64,000 nt of DNA from Pristiophorus japonicus (taxonomy: Eukaryota), in NCBI RefSeq assembly GCF_044704955.1, contig NC_091992.1, positions 130,882,001 to 130,946,000 on the forward strand. Direction: 5' to 3'. Under the pieces are notes generated by a model. The model was not told the DNA's origin. It saw only the letters and a list, made by a program, of their open reading frames with translations, and ran no database searches. Positions 36,798 to 49,592 of this stretch are shown piece by piece; within the stretch, counting starts at the first letter, position 1; every line of letters starts with the position of its first letter. The translations under genes were made by a program, and so were the position numbers.

Positions 36798-36882
36798 TGT
36801 TCAGCCATGAACTCATTGAATGGCGGTGCAGGCTCGAAGGGCCGAATTGCCTACTTCTGCACCTATTTTCTATGTTTCTATG
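36798..36882 (+). mobile_element. CR1 3' UTR tail
   Basis: TTCAGCCATGAACTCATTGAATGGCGG...TTTCTATGTTTCTATG. Confidence 0.85.
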
Positions 36883-38094
36883 ACATCCATTTAGTCTGTA
36901 TGAATCTGCCCAGGGACAACTGTATCTGGTCTAGAAGTTAGCTGTAATGGAAAGAATGTAATTTACTCAAAGCAATTGGGAATATTGCTCTCAGCCAATT
37001 GTCCCCTTTCACGATCTTAATGGCGTGGATGTTACATAAGGGAGAACCCTTTATAAATTATCTGCTCCCGGGCGGTCCTTAACCTGCAGTTTCATGTAAG
37101 AACACGGTAAAAGGGACGCGTCAGAGACACCAGTGGCTGTATGTTTATTTCCCTTTGCAACTTTGGGATAATGGGTGATTCATCAGATTATAATCCCCTT
37201 CAACAAAACATTGACAAGGAAAGAGCTGGGATTGAAGGCAAGCCCATCTAGCTGGGAGCCCAGCACTGTAGTATTACAGAGCCATCGATGCTCCTCTACA
37301 ACAGTCACAATGTAAAAAGTGTAACTCAGTTTGATATGTCACTAAATTACAAATCATGGGAAGGTAAGTGGGGGGGTAGGTGAGGGGCAGCTGTTTTGGA
37401 TTATGTCACTTCTGGACACTTTACATTTTCCTCCATTTATAGTCAACACAAAGTGGTAATGTTAGTAATGTAAATGCATATTTTGCACTGGTCTTTTCTG
37501 TTGGTTAAGCAAGTGCCGGACATGCAGAGAAACTGCACCACCCTGCTCAACAGTATCTAGCCAATGAGAAATGCACACAGCTAGATTTTCTACCCACTGT
37601 GATGTCCCCACTCTCTCCTCATTGGGATACACCCCACTCACCTAACTCCAGAGAGTTTAGATGCAAGTTGGCAAGAGCCAAGGCTTGGGATTCTCAAGTG
37701 TGTACAGAGCCACTGTTGGAGTTTAATTGGTGAAGCTGCTCAGCTTACCAACTCAGAGCACTGGGAAGTTTCCCACTGCTTGTCTGGTTAGGACCTCCCG
37801 ACCTGTTGGACACTGATTCGCAGGATTATGTGAGGGGAAATGGGAAGAATCCCAGCTCCTCAGTGACAGGTCTATGCCTCCAGGGCCATTAATTGGCCAC
37901 CTAGCCTGGCTCATCACCAGCAGTGCCCGAGAGTACTGCTGGCTTGGGTCTTGGTTACTGAGTTGGCACAAAGGGCTCTAATCTCTCATCATCAGGCACG
38001 CCAACTTGAAAAAAATGCGGCCCCAAAGTAATCCAACCTCCAGAAGGAGGAGCATGACATTGAATATTCCGCACTGCATTGTCACTTTTGTATG

Positions 38095-38492
38095 TGACAC
38101 GCGCTCTACTCAAAGCTCCGACACGGCAAGCGAGTCCAAGGTGGGCAGAGGAAACATTTCAAGGACACCCTCAAAGCCTCCTTGAAAAAGTGCAACATCC
38201 CCACCGGCATCTGGGAATCCCTGGCCCAAGACTGCTCAAAGTGTAGGAGAAGCATCTGGGAAGGTGCCGAGCACCTCGAGTCTCTTCGTCAGGAGCAAGC
38301 TGGGACCAAGCACAAACAGCGGGAGGAGCGCCCGACAACCAGGCACCCCACCCAGCCGTCCCTTCAACCTCAGTCTGCCCCACCTGTGACAGAGACTGTA
38401 GATCCCGCATTGGTCTCATCAGTCACCTGAGAACTCATATTAGTGTGGAAGCAAGCTGTCCTCGACACTGAGGGATTGCCTCAGAGAAGAAG
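38095..38492 (+). mobile_element. RTE LINE 3' fragment
   Basis: KCNIPTGIWESLAQD..RRSIWEGAEHLES, homologous to 11750-12140. Confidence 0.85.
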
Positions 38493-40111
38493 ACTGCACC
38501 ATAATCAGATCTACAGAAGTGGATTTATGGGATAAGAGAGTCCAACCAAATGCAGCCATTCACAGAAGAACGCTTGACAATAAATATAGCATTGTTTATA
38601 CATTCACTCAAAATATAAAAGTAACCATCAGGGTTAAGTATTCAACATTAAAATTATCTGTACTGTGCTAATGCCATTACCATTTCAATGCATTCGTATT
38701 TTGGGGCATAATAATTATTTAAACTTTTCTAATTTGAAAAACAAGTCCTTACTTTTCATTTTATGCATCATCCAGATTGCATTATGCCCATAAACATTTT
38801 AATTGGATCAATTTAGGAAACTTCAGTGGTGACAAAGCAGCAAATGATAATGAACAGGAGAGCTATAGTTACCTGTATGGGGAATTCTGTATTGATGGTT
38901 TACTACCTGACTACCCACTAAAAGGATTGTGTGTAATAATCCAGACTTATTAAAATCCAACTGAGTCACACAGATTAAATCTCATCAGGATGAGCATGAC
39001 CTTTGCCACAGTTGATAAATGAAGCCCATGATCTCACGTTATCCCTCAATCCTTTCTCTCTACAGAAATGCATAAAATTGCTTCGTAAGCCCACTTATAC
39101 TATCCACATCAATGACCATCCCTGGTAACTTATTCCACGAGTGTATTATTCTTTATGTAAAAAAAAAAAAGAGGTTCTTCCAGACTTCCTTCCTTACTCA
39201 CAACTTCCTTGTTTTTATCTGTATCCACTCCCTGGTATTTAAGCCTTTTGCCATATTGGAAAATGTACCCATTTTCAGCTGATTAATATGACATGATGTG
39301 CTTCCCCCAGGTGCATAAGGTTTGTCATTTCCAGAAGAAACAAATCTTCTTTCCCTCCTTCCCATTTTCATTTATTTTACTTCCTCTAAATCTGGGCTAC
39401 ACACCACTCTTCCATTGAGACGTTGGTGGGGTGGGGATGGGGGGAGAGAGGGGTGACCTGTGACTAATGTTAAACTAGCTGATTGGATAACACGGTGTGT
39501 TGAAGCACCACGTCCCATAGTGAGAGGTTGCTGAGCCAGGGTTAGTGCATTGCCACACAGGTGCAGCGAGAGTCTCCCCGAGCCCCATTGTGCAATGGCT
39601 GAATTCAAAGCAGCACTGACAAAGGTGAAGAGCCAAGGTTGTTCAACCAACCTCTTGACAATGGCTCAGCAAATGGTACAGGGATTCAAGCAGAAAAGGA
39701 CCAAATGCCTTAGTGAGAGAATCCTATCCATAAAATTAGGTGTTCAGAAGTGTACTGAGTCAACTTGTCTTTGTGTTTTCACTCTGTCTACATGAAGAAG
39801 CTTACCCCTCTCTCCAATGTCCCAGCTGCAATAAGACACTCATCAAATGGGGATTGAAATTACAAATATTTAACATTTTATTTGAACATTAATTTATAAT
39901 GTCAACATCTCTACAAAGAAAGTAGAAAGAAGCTGATACTGAACACTGCTAGGCTCCTCTGATGCTTTGGTGGGTATGTGCTCCTGAACTCTACACACTA
40001 GGAAGGTTCAATCCTTGGCCTGTGCTCAGTCAGGCAATCTGAGCTGCAACATCAGGGCACTCCAGCCAGAGATTCAGGCCTGATTGTTCATCAGTGACTC
40101 CTGTTGCAAAT

Positions 40112-40379
40112 TGCGTGTGTGTATTAGTGTGTGTGTTTGCGTTTGTGCGCGCATGTGTGTGTACGTATGTGTGTGCATTAGCGTGTGTGTTTGCGTGTAC
40201 ATGCGTTTGCGCGTGTGTGTGTATGTGTGTTTGCGCTTGTGTGTGTGCACATACGTGTATGTGTGTGCATTAGCGTGTGTATGCGTGTTTGCGCATTAGC
40301 GTGCGCGCGAGTCTGAGCGTGAGTGTGTGTACAAATGTGAATGTTTGTGTATATATATATATATATATATATGTGTGTG
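40112..40379. repeat. Imperfect (GT)n/(GC) microsatellite followed by (AT)n
   Basis: Long alternating purine-pyrimidine tract. Confidence 0.9.
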
Positions 40380-40515
40380 AGGACAGGATCAAAACCAGCT
40401 GATATAGTTCTCCCTCTCCCCCCACCCTAGTTAAAGCTTGCTGGGATCCAATGTCCAGCTTCACACATGAAGAATAGCCACTTGATGAAGTAGCACAGAA
40501 TGGTCTGCACACTTA

Positions 40516-40673
40516 GGGGAAGAATTTTGCCTTGGCAGTAGCCCTCAACGATAGTACTGGATCTGCCACCCGTTATTAACTGCAATTGAACTGAATATTA
40601 GGCGGTGCGAAGGTCAGGCAGCCCGTGTGCCATTGCCCGCTTTGTCCTACAGCCCGCGAGGAATTTCTACCCC
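40516..40673. mobile_element. Short Harbinger-type MITE
   Basis: TIRs GGGGAAGAATTT / AATTTCTACCCC with flanks TTA/TTT. Confidence 0.5.
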
Positions 40674-41444
40674 TTTGGGGGAGGTGGGGTGAAGAGATCA
40701 TTGGGACATTCCTTATAATCAATAGTCGTGACTAGTTGAGTTCAGCAAGACTCCGTCTTGCCACTTCTCATGAAGTTAATTGAAGGCCTTGATGAGGCAT
40801 TTGTAAGCAGTATTGCCAATGATGAGGAGGGAGAGAATTATCCCAAAGGGACCTGCTACCTTCCTATATTACAACAGTGAAACACTTCAAAAGTGTTTAA
40901 TTGGCTGCAAAGCACACTGGGATTGTGAAAGGCGCTACATAGATGCAAGTTCTTTAACAAATGATTGGCAATAGCATTTCAGTGTAGTAATATAACGCAT
41001 ATTGGTGTTAGAGGAAAAGAACGACCAAAAAGACTGAAGGGCACATAATGGGGTGAGCTTTGAAAATGATGAACGAGGGAGTGTAGGACATCATTTATTA
41101 AAATTACTCTCACATTGGGAGAAGACACACACTAATGAAAATGTTGGGATGTATGATCACAGGGACAGCATTCAAGCAGCTGATCTTACAAGGGAAGGTA
41201 ACTGTCAGTGATTTGTATTTGTCCATACACACCGTCCTAACATCTTTCACTTTTCTTCAAATTTTTATTTTGCAAATGTATCCTTGTTCACAGAGCTTTT
41301 CCTATGTAGCCTTCATACAATAGCAAGGCTGGGTAGATAGTAGATACTGGCATGGCACTGAGTAACAGGGCCCCTTATAGTGAGGCAGATGCATTAGTGA
41401 CACCGAGATCTGCTCGCAGTGCAACAGACACGCTGGAGTGATAC

Positions 41445-41910
41445 AGGGAGTGCAACGAAGGTTCACCAGACTGATTCCTGGGATGGGGGATTGACCTATG
41501 AGGAGAGGTGGAGTAGACCAGGTCTATATTCTCTAGAGTTCAAAAGAATGAGAGGTGATTGTACAGGGCTTGACAGGATAGATGCAAGGAGGATGTTTTC
41601 CTTGGCTGGGGGGTCTAGAAACAGGGGTCACAATTTGTGGTCGGCCTTTTAGGACTGAGATGAGGAGACAGTTCTTCACTCAGAGTGTTGTGAATCTTTG
41701 GAATTTTCTACCCCAGAGAGCTGTGGAGGCTCAGTCGTTGAGTATATTCAAGACAGAGATCGAAAGATATTTGGATTTTAAGGGAATAAAGGGATATGGG
41801 GATAGGGCAGGAAAGTGTTGAGGTAGAATATCAGCCATGATCTTATTGGATGGCGGAGTAGGCTCGAGGGGCTGAATGGCCTACTCCTGCTCCTATTTCT
41901 TATGTTCTTA
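41445..41910 (+). mobile_element. CR1 3' fragment
   Basis: LYSLEFKRMRGD, FRTEMRRQFFTQ and KGYGDRAGK, plus tail. Confidence 0.9.
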
Positions 41911-43047
41911 TACAGTATAATGAGATCTGCTTGCAGCGTGTCTCCTCATCAGCATCAGAATTGAGAATTTTTTTACCCCTTCTTTAGGCATTGATTAGGG
42001 TCTAATGCCAACCATTTGCTGAAAAGCCCAGCTAATTAATGTTTTATTTAGAAAAGGAAATCGTGGTAAATATGGTTGGATAAGAGCCACCTTCTCCTTT
42101 AACTCTCTGAAGCTTTAGTTAGATCAGGCCTAAAATAATGCATCTGGTTGTGACCCCTGTGCATTCAAAAAGATCACTGATGCATCAGAAAGTGTGCAGA
42201 GAGGAATGATGAGGATAATTGACCCTGACATTAGTCCCGTGATAGCAGCTCACAGCACTGAGCTTTTAGTAAAATTATTAAGACACAATAAATAATTTAG
42301 GCGAGGCATTATTGGGCCTCAGTGGGTCATGTTTAATTGCATAACGTTGGAGTTGGGAAATTCTTTGCAAAGAATCAGAGAGGTTGATTAAAGAAGGCAT
42401 CTGGCAGATAAATAGAAGTGCAAGAGATTGTCTCCTCTATGCCTGTGTGACACCTCTGCAAACTAACATATGGGAACAATTCCCACACAGGCTACGAACA
42501 GATCAATCAGGGGGAGGATAACTCTGTCGATACACGGGAGAAAGCTGTAAACATACAACAATATTCATCTGTAGCAGAGCAGCAGGTTATAAACTTAAGA
42601 AATAAATTTTACAAAATGGGTCAAAGGAAATGAATGGATTCCATTGACATACGAGATGGCAATAAATTAGCTGACCACTGGGACTCAAACAATAAAGGAA
42701 ATGGAGTAAATGGAAAGCATCAAGCACTGCCTTTGATCAACTGAACCACAAAGTATTAGGATGGAGATTTATGAATTTCTGATCCTGAGCATGGAGAGGG
42801 TACCAAGTGACTGAAGAGGAAAGGAAAGTTAAAGACTGACCTATCTACACCTGTTCTAACATGCTCCCTAGCAAGTGGTTCAAAAACTGCATTAACAGGT
42901 ACCCAAGAACAGGTCACTACAACAACAACAACATTTATTTATATAGTGCCTTTAAAGTAGTGAAACATCCCACGGCGCTACACAGAGGTATTATGAGATA
43001 AAAAATTTGACACCGAGCCGCACAAGTAAAAATTAGCGCAGGTAACC

Positions 43048-43518
43048 ATCATCATCATAGGCATTCCCTCGGACTTGCTTCCACTCTGAAAATGAGTCCG
43101 TCGGTGGCTGAACAGTCCAATACGAGAACTACAGTCCCTGTCATAGGTGGGGCAGATAGTCGTTGAGGGAAAGGGTGAGTGGGACTGGTTTGCCACATGC
43201 TCTTTCTGCTGCCTGCGCTTGCTTTCTGCATGCTCTCGGCAATGAGACTCGAGATGCTCAGCGCCCTCCCGGGTGCACTTCCTCCACTAAGGGCGGTCTT
43301 TGGCCAAGGACTCCCAGGTGTCAGTGAGGATGTTGCACTTTATCAGGGAGCGTTTGAAGGTATCCTTGTAACGTTTCCTCTTGCCACCTTTGGCTCGTTT
43401 GCCGTGAAGGAGTTCCGAATAGAGCGCTTGTTTTGGGAGTCTCGTGTCTGGCATGCGAACAATGTGGCCTGCCCAGCGGAGCTGATCAAGTGTGGTCAGT
43501 GCTTCAATACTGGGGATG
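43048..43518 (-). mobile_element. RTE 3' fragment nested in an L2-like/SINE tail (42918-43725)
   Basis: QLRWAGHIVRMPDTRLPKQALY and a (CAT)n tail. The host sequence resumes at GGTCAAAGAGG. Confidence 0.85.
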
Positions 43519-43726
43519 GTCAAAGAGGTATGTTTCAAAGTGCGTCTTGAAGGAGGAAGAGAAGTAGAGAGACAGAGAGGTTTAGGGAGTTCCAGAGCTT
43601 GGGGCCCAGGCAACAGAAGGCACGGCCAATAATAGTTGAGTGAATATAATCAGGGATGCTTAAGAGGGCAGAATTAGAGGAGCGCAGACATCTTGGGGTA
43701 TTGTGGGGCTGGAGGAGATTACAGGG

Positions 43727-44887
43727 AAACATAGAAACATAGAAAATAGGTGCAGGAGTAGGCCATTCGGCCCTTCGAGCCTGCACCACCATTCAATAAG
43801 ATCATGGCTGATCATTTGCTCAGTACCCCTTTCCTGCTTTCTCTCCATACCCCTTGATCCCCTTAGCCGTAAGAGCCATATCTAACTCCCTCTTGAATAT
43901 ATCCAATGAACTGGCATCAGCAACTCTCTGCGGTAGGGAATTCCACAGGTTAACAACTCTCTGAGTGAAGAAGTTTCTCCTCATCTCAGTCCTAAATGGC
44001 CTACCCTTATCCTAAGACTATGTCCCCTGGTTCTGGACCTCCCCAACATTGGGAACATTCTTCCCACATCTAACCTGTCCAGTCCCGTCAGGATTTTATA
44101 CGTTTCTATGAGATCCCCTCTCATCCTTCTAAACTCCAGTGAATAAAGGCTCAGTTGATCCAGTCTCTCCTCATATGACAGTCCAGCCATCCCTGGAATT
44201 AGTCTGGACAACCTTCGCTGCACTCCCTCAATAGCAAGAATGTCCTTCCTCAAATTAGGAGACCAAAACTGAACACAATATTCCAGGTGAGGCCTCACTA
44301 AGACCCTGTACAACTGCAGTAAGACCTCCCTGCTCCTATACTCAAATCCCCTAGCTATGAAGGCCAACATACCATTTGCCTTCTTCACCGCCTGTTGTAT
44401 CTGCATGCCAACCTTCAATGACTGATGAACCATGACACCAGTCTCGTTTCCTAATCTGCCGGCATTCAGATAATATTCTGCCTTTGTGTTTTTGCCCCCA
44501 AAATGGATAACCTCACATTTATCCACATTTTACTGCATCTGCCATACATTTGCCCACTCACCTAACCTGTCCAAGTCACCCTGCAGCCTCTTAGCGTCCC
44601 CCTCACAGCTCACACCGCCACTCAGTTTAGTGTCATCTGCAAACTTGGAGATATTACACTCAATTCCTTCATCCAAATCGTTAATGTATATTGTAAAGAG
44701 CTGGGGTCCCAGCACTGAGCCCTGCGGCACTCCACTAGTCACTGTCTGCCATTCTGAAAAGGACCCATTTATCCCGACTCTCTGCTTCCTGTCTGGCAAC
44801 CAGTTCTCTATCCACGTCAGTACATTACCCCCAATACCATGCGCTTTGACTTTGCACACCAATCTCTTGTGCGGCACCTTGTCAAAA
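43727..44887 (-). mobile_element. CR1 LINE RT fragment with 3' end
   Basis: [26 protein letters not shown] and LEYCVQFWSP, plus tail. Confidence 0.93.
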
Positions 44888-45964
44888 GGGAGGGGTGAGG
44901 CCATGGAGGGATTTGAAAGCAAGGATGAGAAGTGTTCTACAGGAGGGACAGCAGAGGAGGGCAAAATAATATTGGGAATAAAACATAAAATGGGACGCAA
45001 ATTCTTTCACCCACATTTGGACTGTGGACCACAGAGCTTGCTTTTAAACTAGGAAACCACTAACAGCGGAAGCGGAAGGAACTTATCCTTCCAAACCACG
45101 ATTAACTAATGGAATAAATAAACACCAGCAGCAGAAAAGGCGGAATCAGTATACATTTCCAAATGAGAGTAAAGCAGGATTCAGAATCAAGAGGAACTAA
45201 AGACAGTGAGCTTAGATCTGGGTCAAGATTTTGATGGCTGGCGGGATTAAGGCTGGCAGAGAAATTTTACAGATTGTATTTCTGGTGATTTCTGCACTTG
45301 GTGATGTTTGTCACTTCTGGCAAGCGAGACACTTTTTCACTTTTGTCACCCAGTGACAGCATCGTACACTCCTAAGTTAGGTGCAGCAGAATTTAAATGC
45401 AGAGTAAAATTCTCTCTACTCTGCCCCAACAATGTGTGTTAGCCTCAGAAAAGCACCTTCTAGTGCATCAGTGTGACATCACGAATATCCAACACAAGCT
45501 ACCCCGAGATCCCTCTAAGGAAACTACTTCTTGTTGTGCGACAGGACCATAAAATCCAAGATGGTCTTGCATTCAATCTCTGCTCTGCATTGAGTTAGCT
45601 ATCTCAACCAATCTTTCTTTTTTTACAAATTTTGAAAAGAATGTGACAAATAAGTTTATTTATACAGAAAGCCACAACGTTGGATCGTCTTGCCTCGTCT
45701 GATGCACAACAATTCCAGTAATCAGTTTTCATGTAGCTACTGGTTCTGAAGGTGATATTAGATTCTAAGGGATCTATTTTTTGATAGACGTTAAGGATGC
45801 AGGTCCTTACAGATCCACAAACTATTAAAGGTGCACACATTCTTAGAGTTATTACAATATCAGTATTGCTCTAAAAATCTGTTCCAAAGAAATATTAATT
45901 ATTTTTTTTAATGTCTCTTTTTTTTAATGTCTCTGTTGATTTGCAGCAACATTTTTTTATAAGG

Positions 45965-48900
45965 ACATAAGAAATAGGAGCAGGAGTAGGCCATTCGGCC
46001 CTTCGAGCCTGCTCTGCCATTCAATAAGATCATGGCTGATCTTCGACCTCTACTCCACTTTCTCGAATGATCCCTGTTGTGTCCTTAGATGCTCTAATAA
46101 TGACTCCACGAGGCAATATGTTGTACTTGAACTGTAGTGACCTTAGTCCCTTATTTGCTAACTCCAGAGTGAGGATCACACCTGGTGGCCTGCCTTTTAT
46201 ACTAGGCCTAGGCAGGTAACCTACAAGTCTCCCACTGCTGTGCCCTCTGGTGGCACACCTTGTGATAGTACCAACAGTAGCCATTTAGGATACATGACAT
46301 CACTCTCCCCTAAGCTTTTAGTGCAAATCGCCTCTGCATTGATTGTGCTCTGGGCTTAGCTCTATCTGGGCTCAGCTCTATCTGGGCTCAGCTCTATCTG
46401 GGCTCTATCTGATTGACCCTTGGCAGGTCGTTTCAATCTTGGGTGAGTGGTTGGTGCAGTAGCATGCGAGTGGTTGCTGTTTGTGTGCCTTCCTGATCAC
46501 TCCATTCTCCACCCCCCCACACACACACACACACACACACATATAGTTTATGCCGGAGGCTCATTGCATTCATATACAGTCAAGTTCAGAAAAACAAGGT
46601 TGATTACATTTGTGGTTCCATTGTAAGACAAGTACATTAGACTAGTGAGATACATTATTAATGCAGTGACCGGTGCGTAAGGACAAACTAGTTCCAGAAC
46701 TGCTGGATGGTGTCCCTGCAGCCTGGTGGCGGCGCGGTGCCCAGTGCTGGCAGTGGGAACCTGGTTGGTTCAAGTTGCCTGCTCTTGGGGCTGTTGCCGT
46801 GGTTCCTAGGGGCGGGCAGGTTCACAGATGCCTGTGACCTCCCTGTCCTTTCTTTGTGCCCTGGGTCGCTGCTGTTCCCTGAGGAGCTGTCGTCTAGCAG
46901 TGCACAGGGAACTGCTGACTCGCTGGCCTGGGCGTTATTTGGTTTGGGATCCTGGCTGGTTCCAGTCCCCTTTAGGGGGACTGTAGCGGGTGACCCTTCA
47001 TTTACAGTTATGGCCTTAGTGGCGATGGGGTCTGGGGACTGCACCTTAGCACAGTCCTCTCTTTCAAGCTCGTGACGGTTGGTGCCAGCGGGTGCCCGTG
47101 TGGTGGAACCAATCAGGGGCAGGGTATCGATATCGGTGCCGTTGCCCTGCTGAGGTCGCTTGCTCTGCAGCTCGTGTGTGTTGGCTGCTTGTGGCCATAC
47201 TCCATGGTGCATAACTCTGGTCCCCGGGATGCAGGCTACAGCATTGGGTAGCTCGCTGGACCTGCGTGCTCCCGATGGGTGTTTGCCCGCTGCATTGGCT
47301 GTGTGTAGTTGAAATCCTACATCGCACAATTTTTCATTACTTATGATGCATACTCTGTAGTTCCGATCGCGATCGCGCGACTTTTCCTCGCTTATTGCAT
47401 GTACACAACTCTGATCATCAGTTACACATTTTGTTTCTAACTTACAGATGTATTACATTGCTTGAGTGTGTGGAACTGTCCTTTTAATTGTAGTGGGTTC
47501 CTTTAAGAGAACCTTACTTGCTTTACCCCAATCCTCTTCTCCATGTGGTGCCATGTGTTGCTCCATCAGCGTTGCACCTCGTGGTCTGGCCATCTTTTTC
47601 TTCAGCGCCTCACCTCATGGTTTGGACGCCATCTTTCCTCCATCCACGATGTCGACTGCGGTGATCCTCTTCTCCCTGGCTTCTGCCACCGAAGCTGGGA
47701 AGTCGCTTCTGGATCCGATTTTCTTCCTCCGGAGTCCTGGCACTGGAGCCTGGAAGGTGCATTCGGGTCGTCTCAGCTGGATCATCTCCACGCAATCATG
47801 CTGAGCGGTCTGTGCCTCGGGTGCTGTGCTGGTCTGCTCTCTGGTGCCGGGTCCACCCTCAAGTGAGGGCTTGCTGTGTCTCCGAACACGGAGGACCTCG
47901 ATCGCTGGAGGGTTGAAGTCTTCAATGGATCGTCTCCATCCACCTTCTGCCGAGCAGCGTCGGTTCATCACCTGCAACAATCCAGAGGTAACTTGTGCAT
48001 CGCGCCATCATGGAGTACCTTTACATTCGCACTACCAACGACTGGGATAATTTCATCGGTGTAGGTGCGCAGCTTTGCCTGAACCGGGACCAACTTGAGC
48101 CGTTCAGCTTGATTGTCCCATAGCCTCTCAAAGGCTTCTTGATTCATTAGTGACTGGCACGCCCCCGTGTCCACATCCATGAAAACTGGAATGGCATCTA
48201 TCTCGACTTCCATCTTCAGCGGGGAACACTCGGTGGTGCAGGTAAACATGCTATATACCTCATCGTGGGGCTGAGCTGTCTCTCTGCCTATCGTTTCATA
48301 ATCCGCGCTGGATTCCTGGGCATCTGCAGACTTTTCATCGACGTAGTGAGTCATATTTCTCTTACACATTCGCTGGAGGTGGCCCTTTGTGCTGCAGCCT
48401 TTGCATACATAGTCTTTAAAGCGGCATTGATGAGCCCTGTGATTCCCTCCACAATGCCAACATGGAGCTACTCGATTAGCCCCCCCCTTGGCAGACTCTG
48501 AGTTAAGGGACTCGGGGGCCTGTTCTCTCTCTCCTGAGAGGGTTCACGCTCTATAGTCCAGCCTCTAAACGGCGCCACTCTGTGCACAGTACCTGCCGGG
48601 TTTGAGTCCTGAGGGTGAGTCATCTGCCTAGAGCCGCAGGTCGAGGTCATGAATGCCTGGCTCACGGAGATGGCCTTCTGCAGTGTGACTGTGGTATCTG
48701 CCGACATTAGTTTATGAAGAAGGCCCTCATGGCCAATTCCAATCACAAAAATGTCCCGCAGCGCTTCGTTGAGGTGGTTGCCGAACTCGCACAGTGCCGC
48801 CAGCCTCCTGAGGTCGGCGGCGTATTTCGTGATTTCCTGGTTTTCGGGCCGTCGGTGGGTGCAGAACCGGTCTGGCTGTGAGGATGCTTTCCTTGGGCTT

Positions 48901-49592
48901 GAGTTGCTCATGGATCAGGGTTATGAGCTCCTTGTACGTCTTGGTCGTTGTCTTCGCTGGTGTCAGCAAGTCCCTGACGAGGCCATAGACTGGTTAGCAA
49001 GATAGCTCTGCGCTTATCAGCCAGTGTGGCCGGGTCGTCTCCTGCCAGGTTGTTTGCTGTGAAGAAATGGTCGAGCCTCCCACAATGGTGTCCCAATCAT
49101 CACCATCGGCGAATTGCTGCAACGTACCAAGGGTAGCCATTTTCGTGTGAAAGTTTGTAATCTCATCGCCAATTGTTGTGTCCTTAGCTGCTCTAATAAT
49201 GACTCCACGAGGCAATGTGTGGTACTTGAACTGTAGTGACCTTAGTCCTTTATTTGCTAACTCCAGAGTGAGGATCACACCTGGTGGCCTGCTTTTTATA
49301 CTAGGCTAGGCACACCTGTACAGGTAACCTACAAGTTTCCCACTGCTGTGCCCTCTGGTGGCACACCTATGATAGTACCAACAGTAGCCATGCAGGATAC
49401 ATGACAATCCCCATATCTTTTGATTCCCTCAGTATCCAAAAATATCGCACTCTGTCTTGAATATACTCAATGACTGAGCATCCACAGCTCTCTGGGGTAG
49501 AGAATTCCAAAGATTCACAACTCTTTGAGTGAAAACATTTCTCCTCATTTCACTCCTAAATGGCCGACCCTGTGTTCGGAGACTGTGACCCC
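45965..49592 (-). mobile_element. CR1 3' end split by the LTR element (pieces 45965-46074 and 49407-49592)
   Basis: The two pieces join across the ATCCC duplication into a normal CR1 3' end. Confidence 0.8.
46075..49406 (-). mobile_element. Gypsy-type LTR retrotransposon, non-autonomous (gag-protease, no RT/RNaseH/IN)
   Basis: LTRs at 49174-49406 (5') and 46075-46299 (3'), both TG...CA, with a perfect TSD ATCCC. PBS TGGCGATGAG follows the 5' LTR and PPT GGGGAGAGTGA precedes the 3' LTR. Gag motifs DHFFTANN, LRRLAALCEFG..LRDIFVIG and two CCHC knuckles (CWHCGGNH..C; CKGCSTKGH..C) are followed by protease MDVDTGA. Confidence 0.92.
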
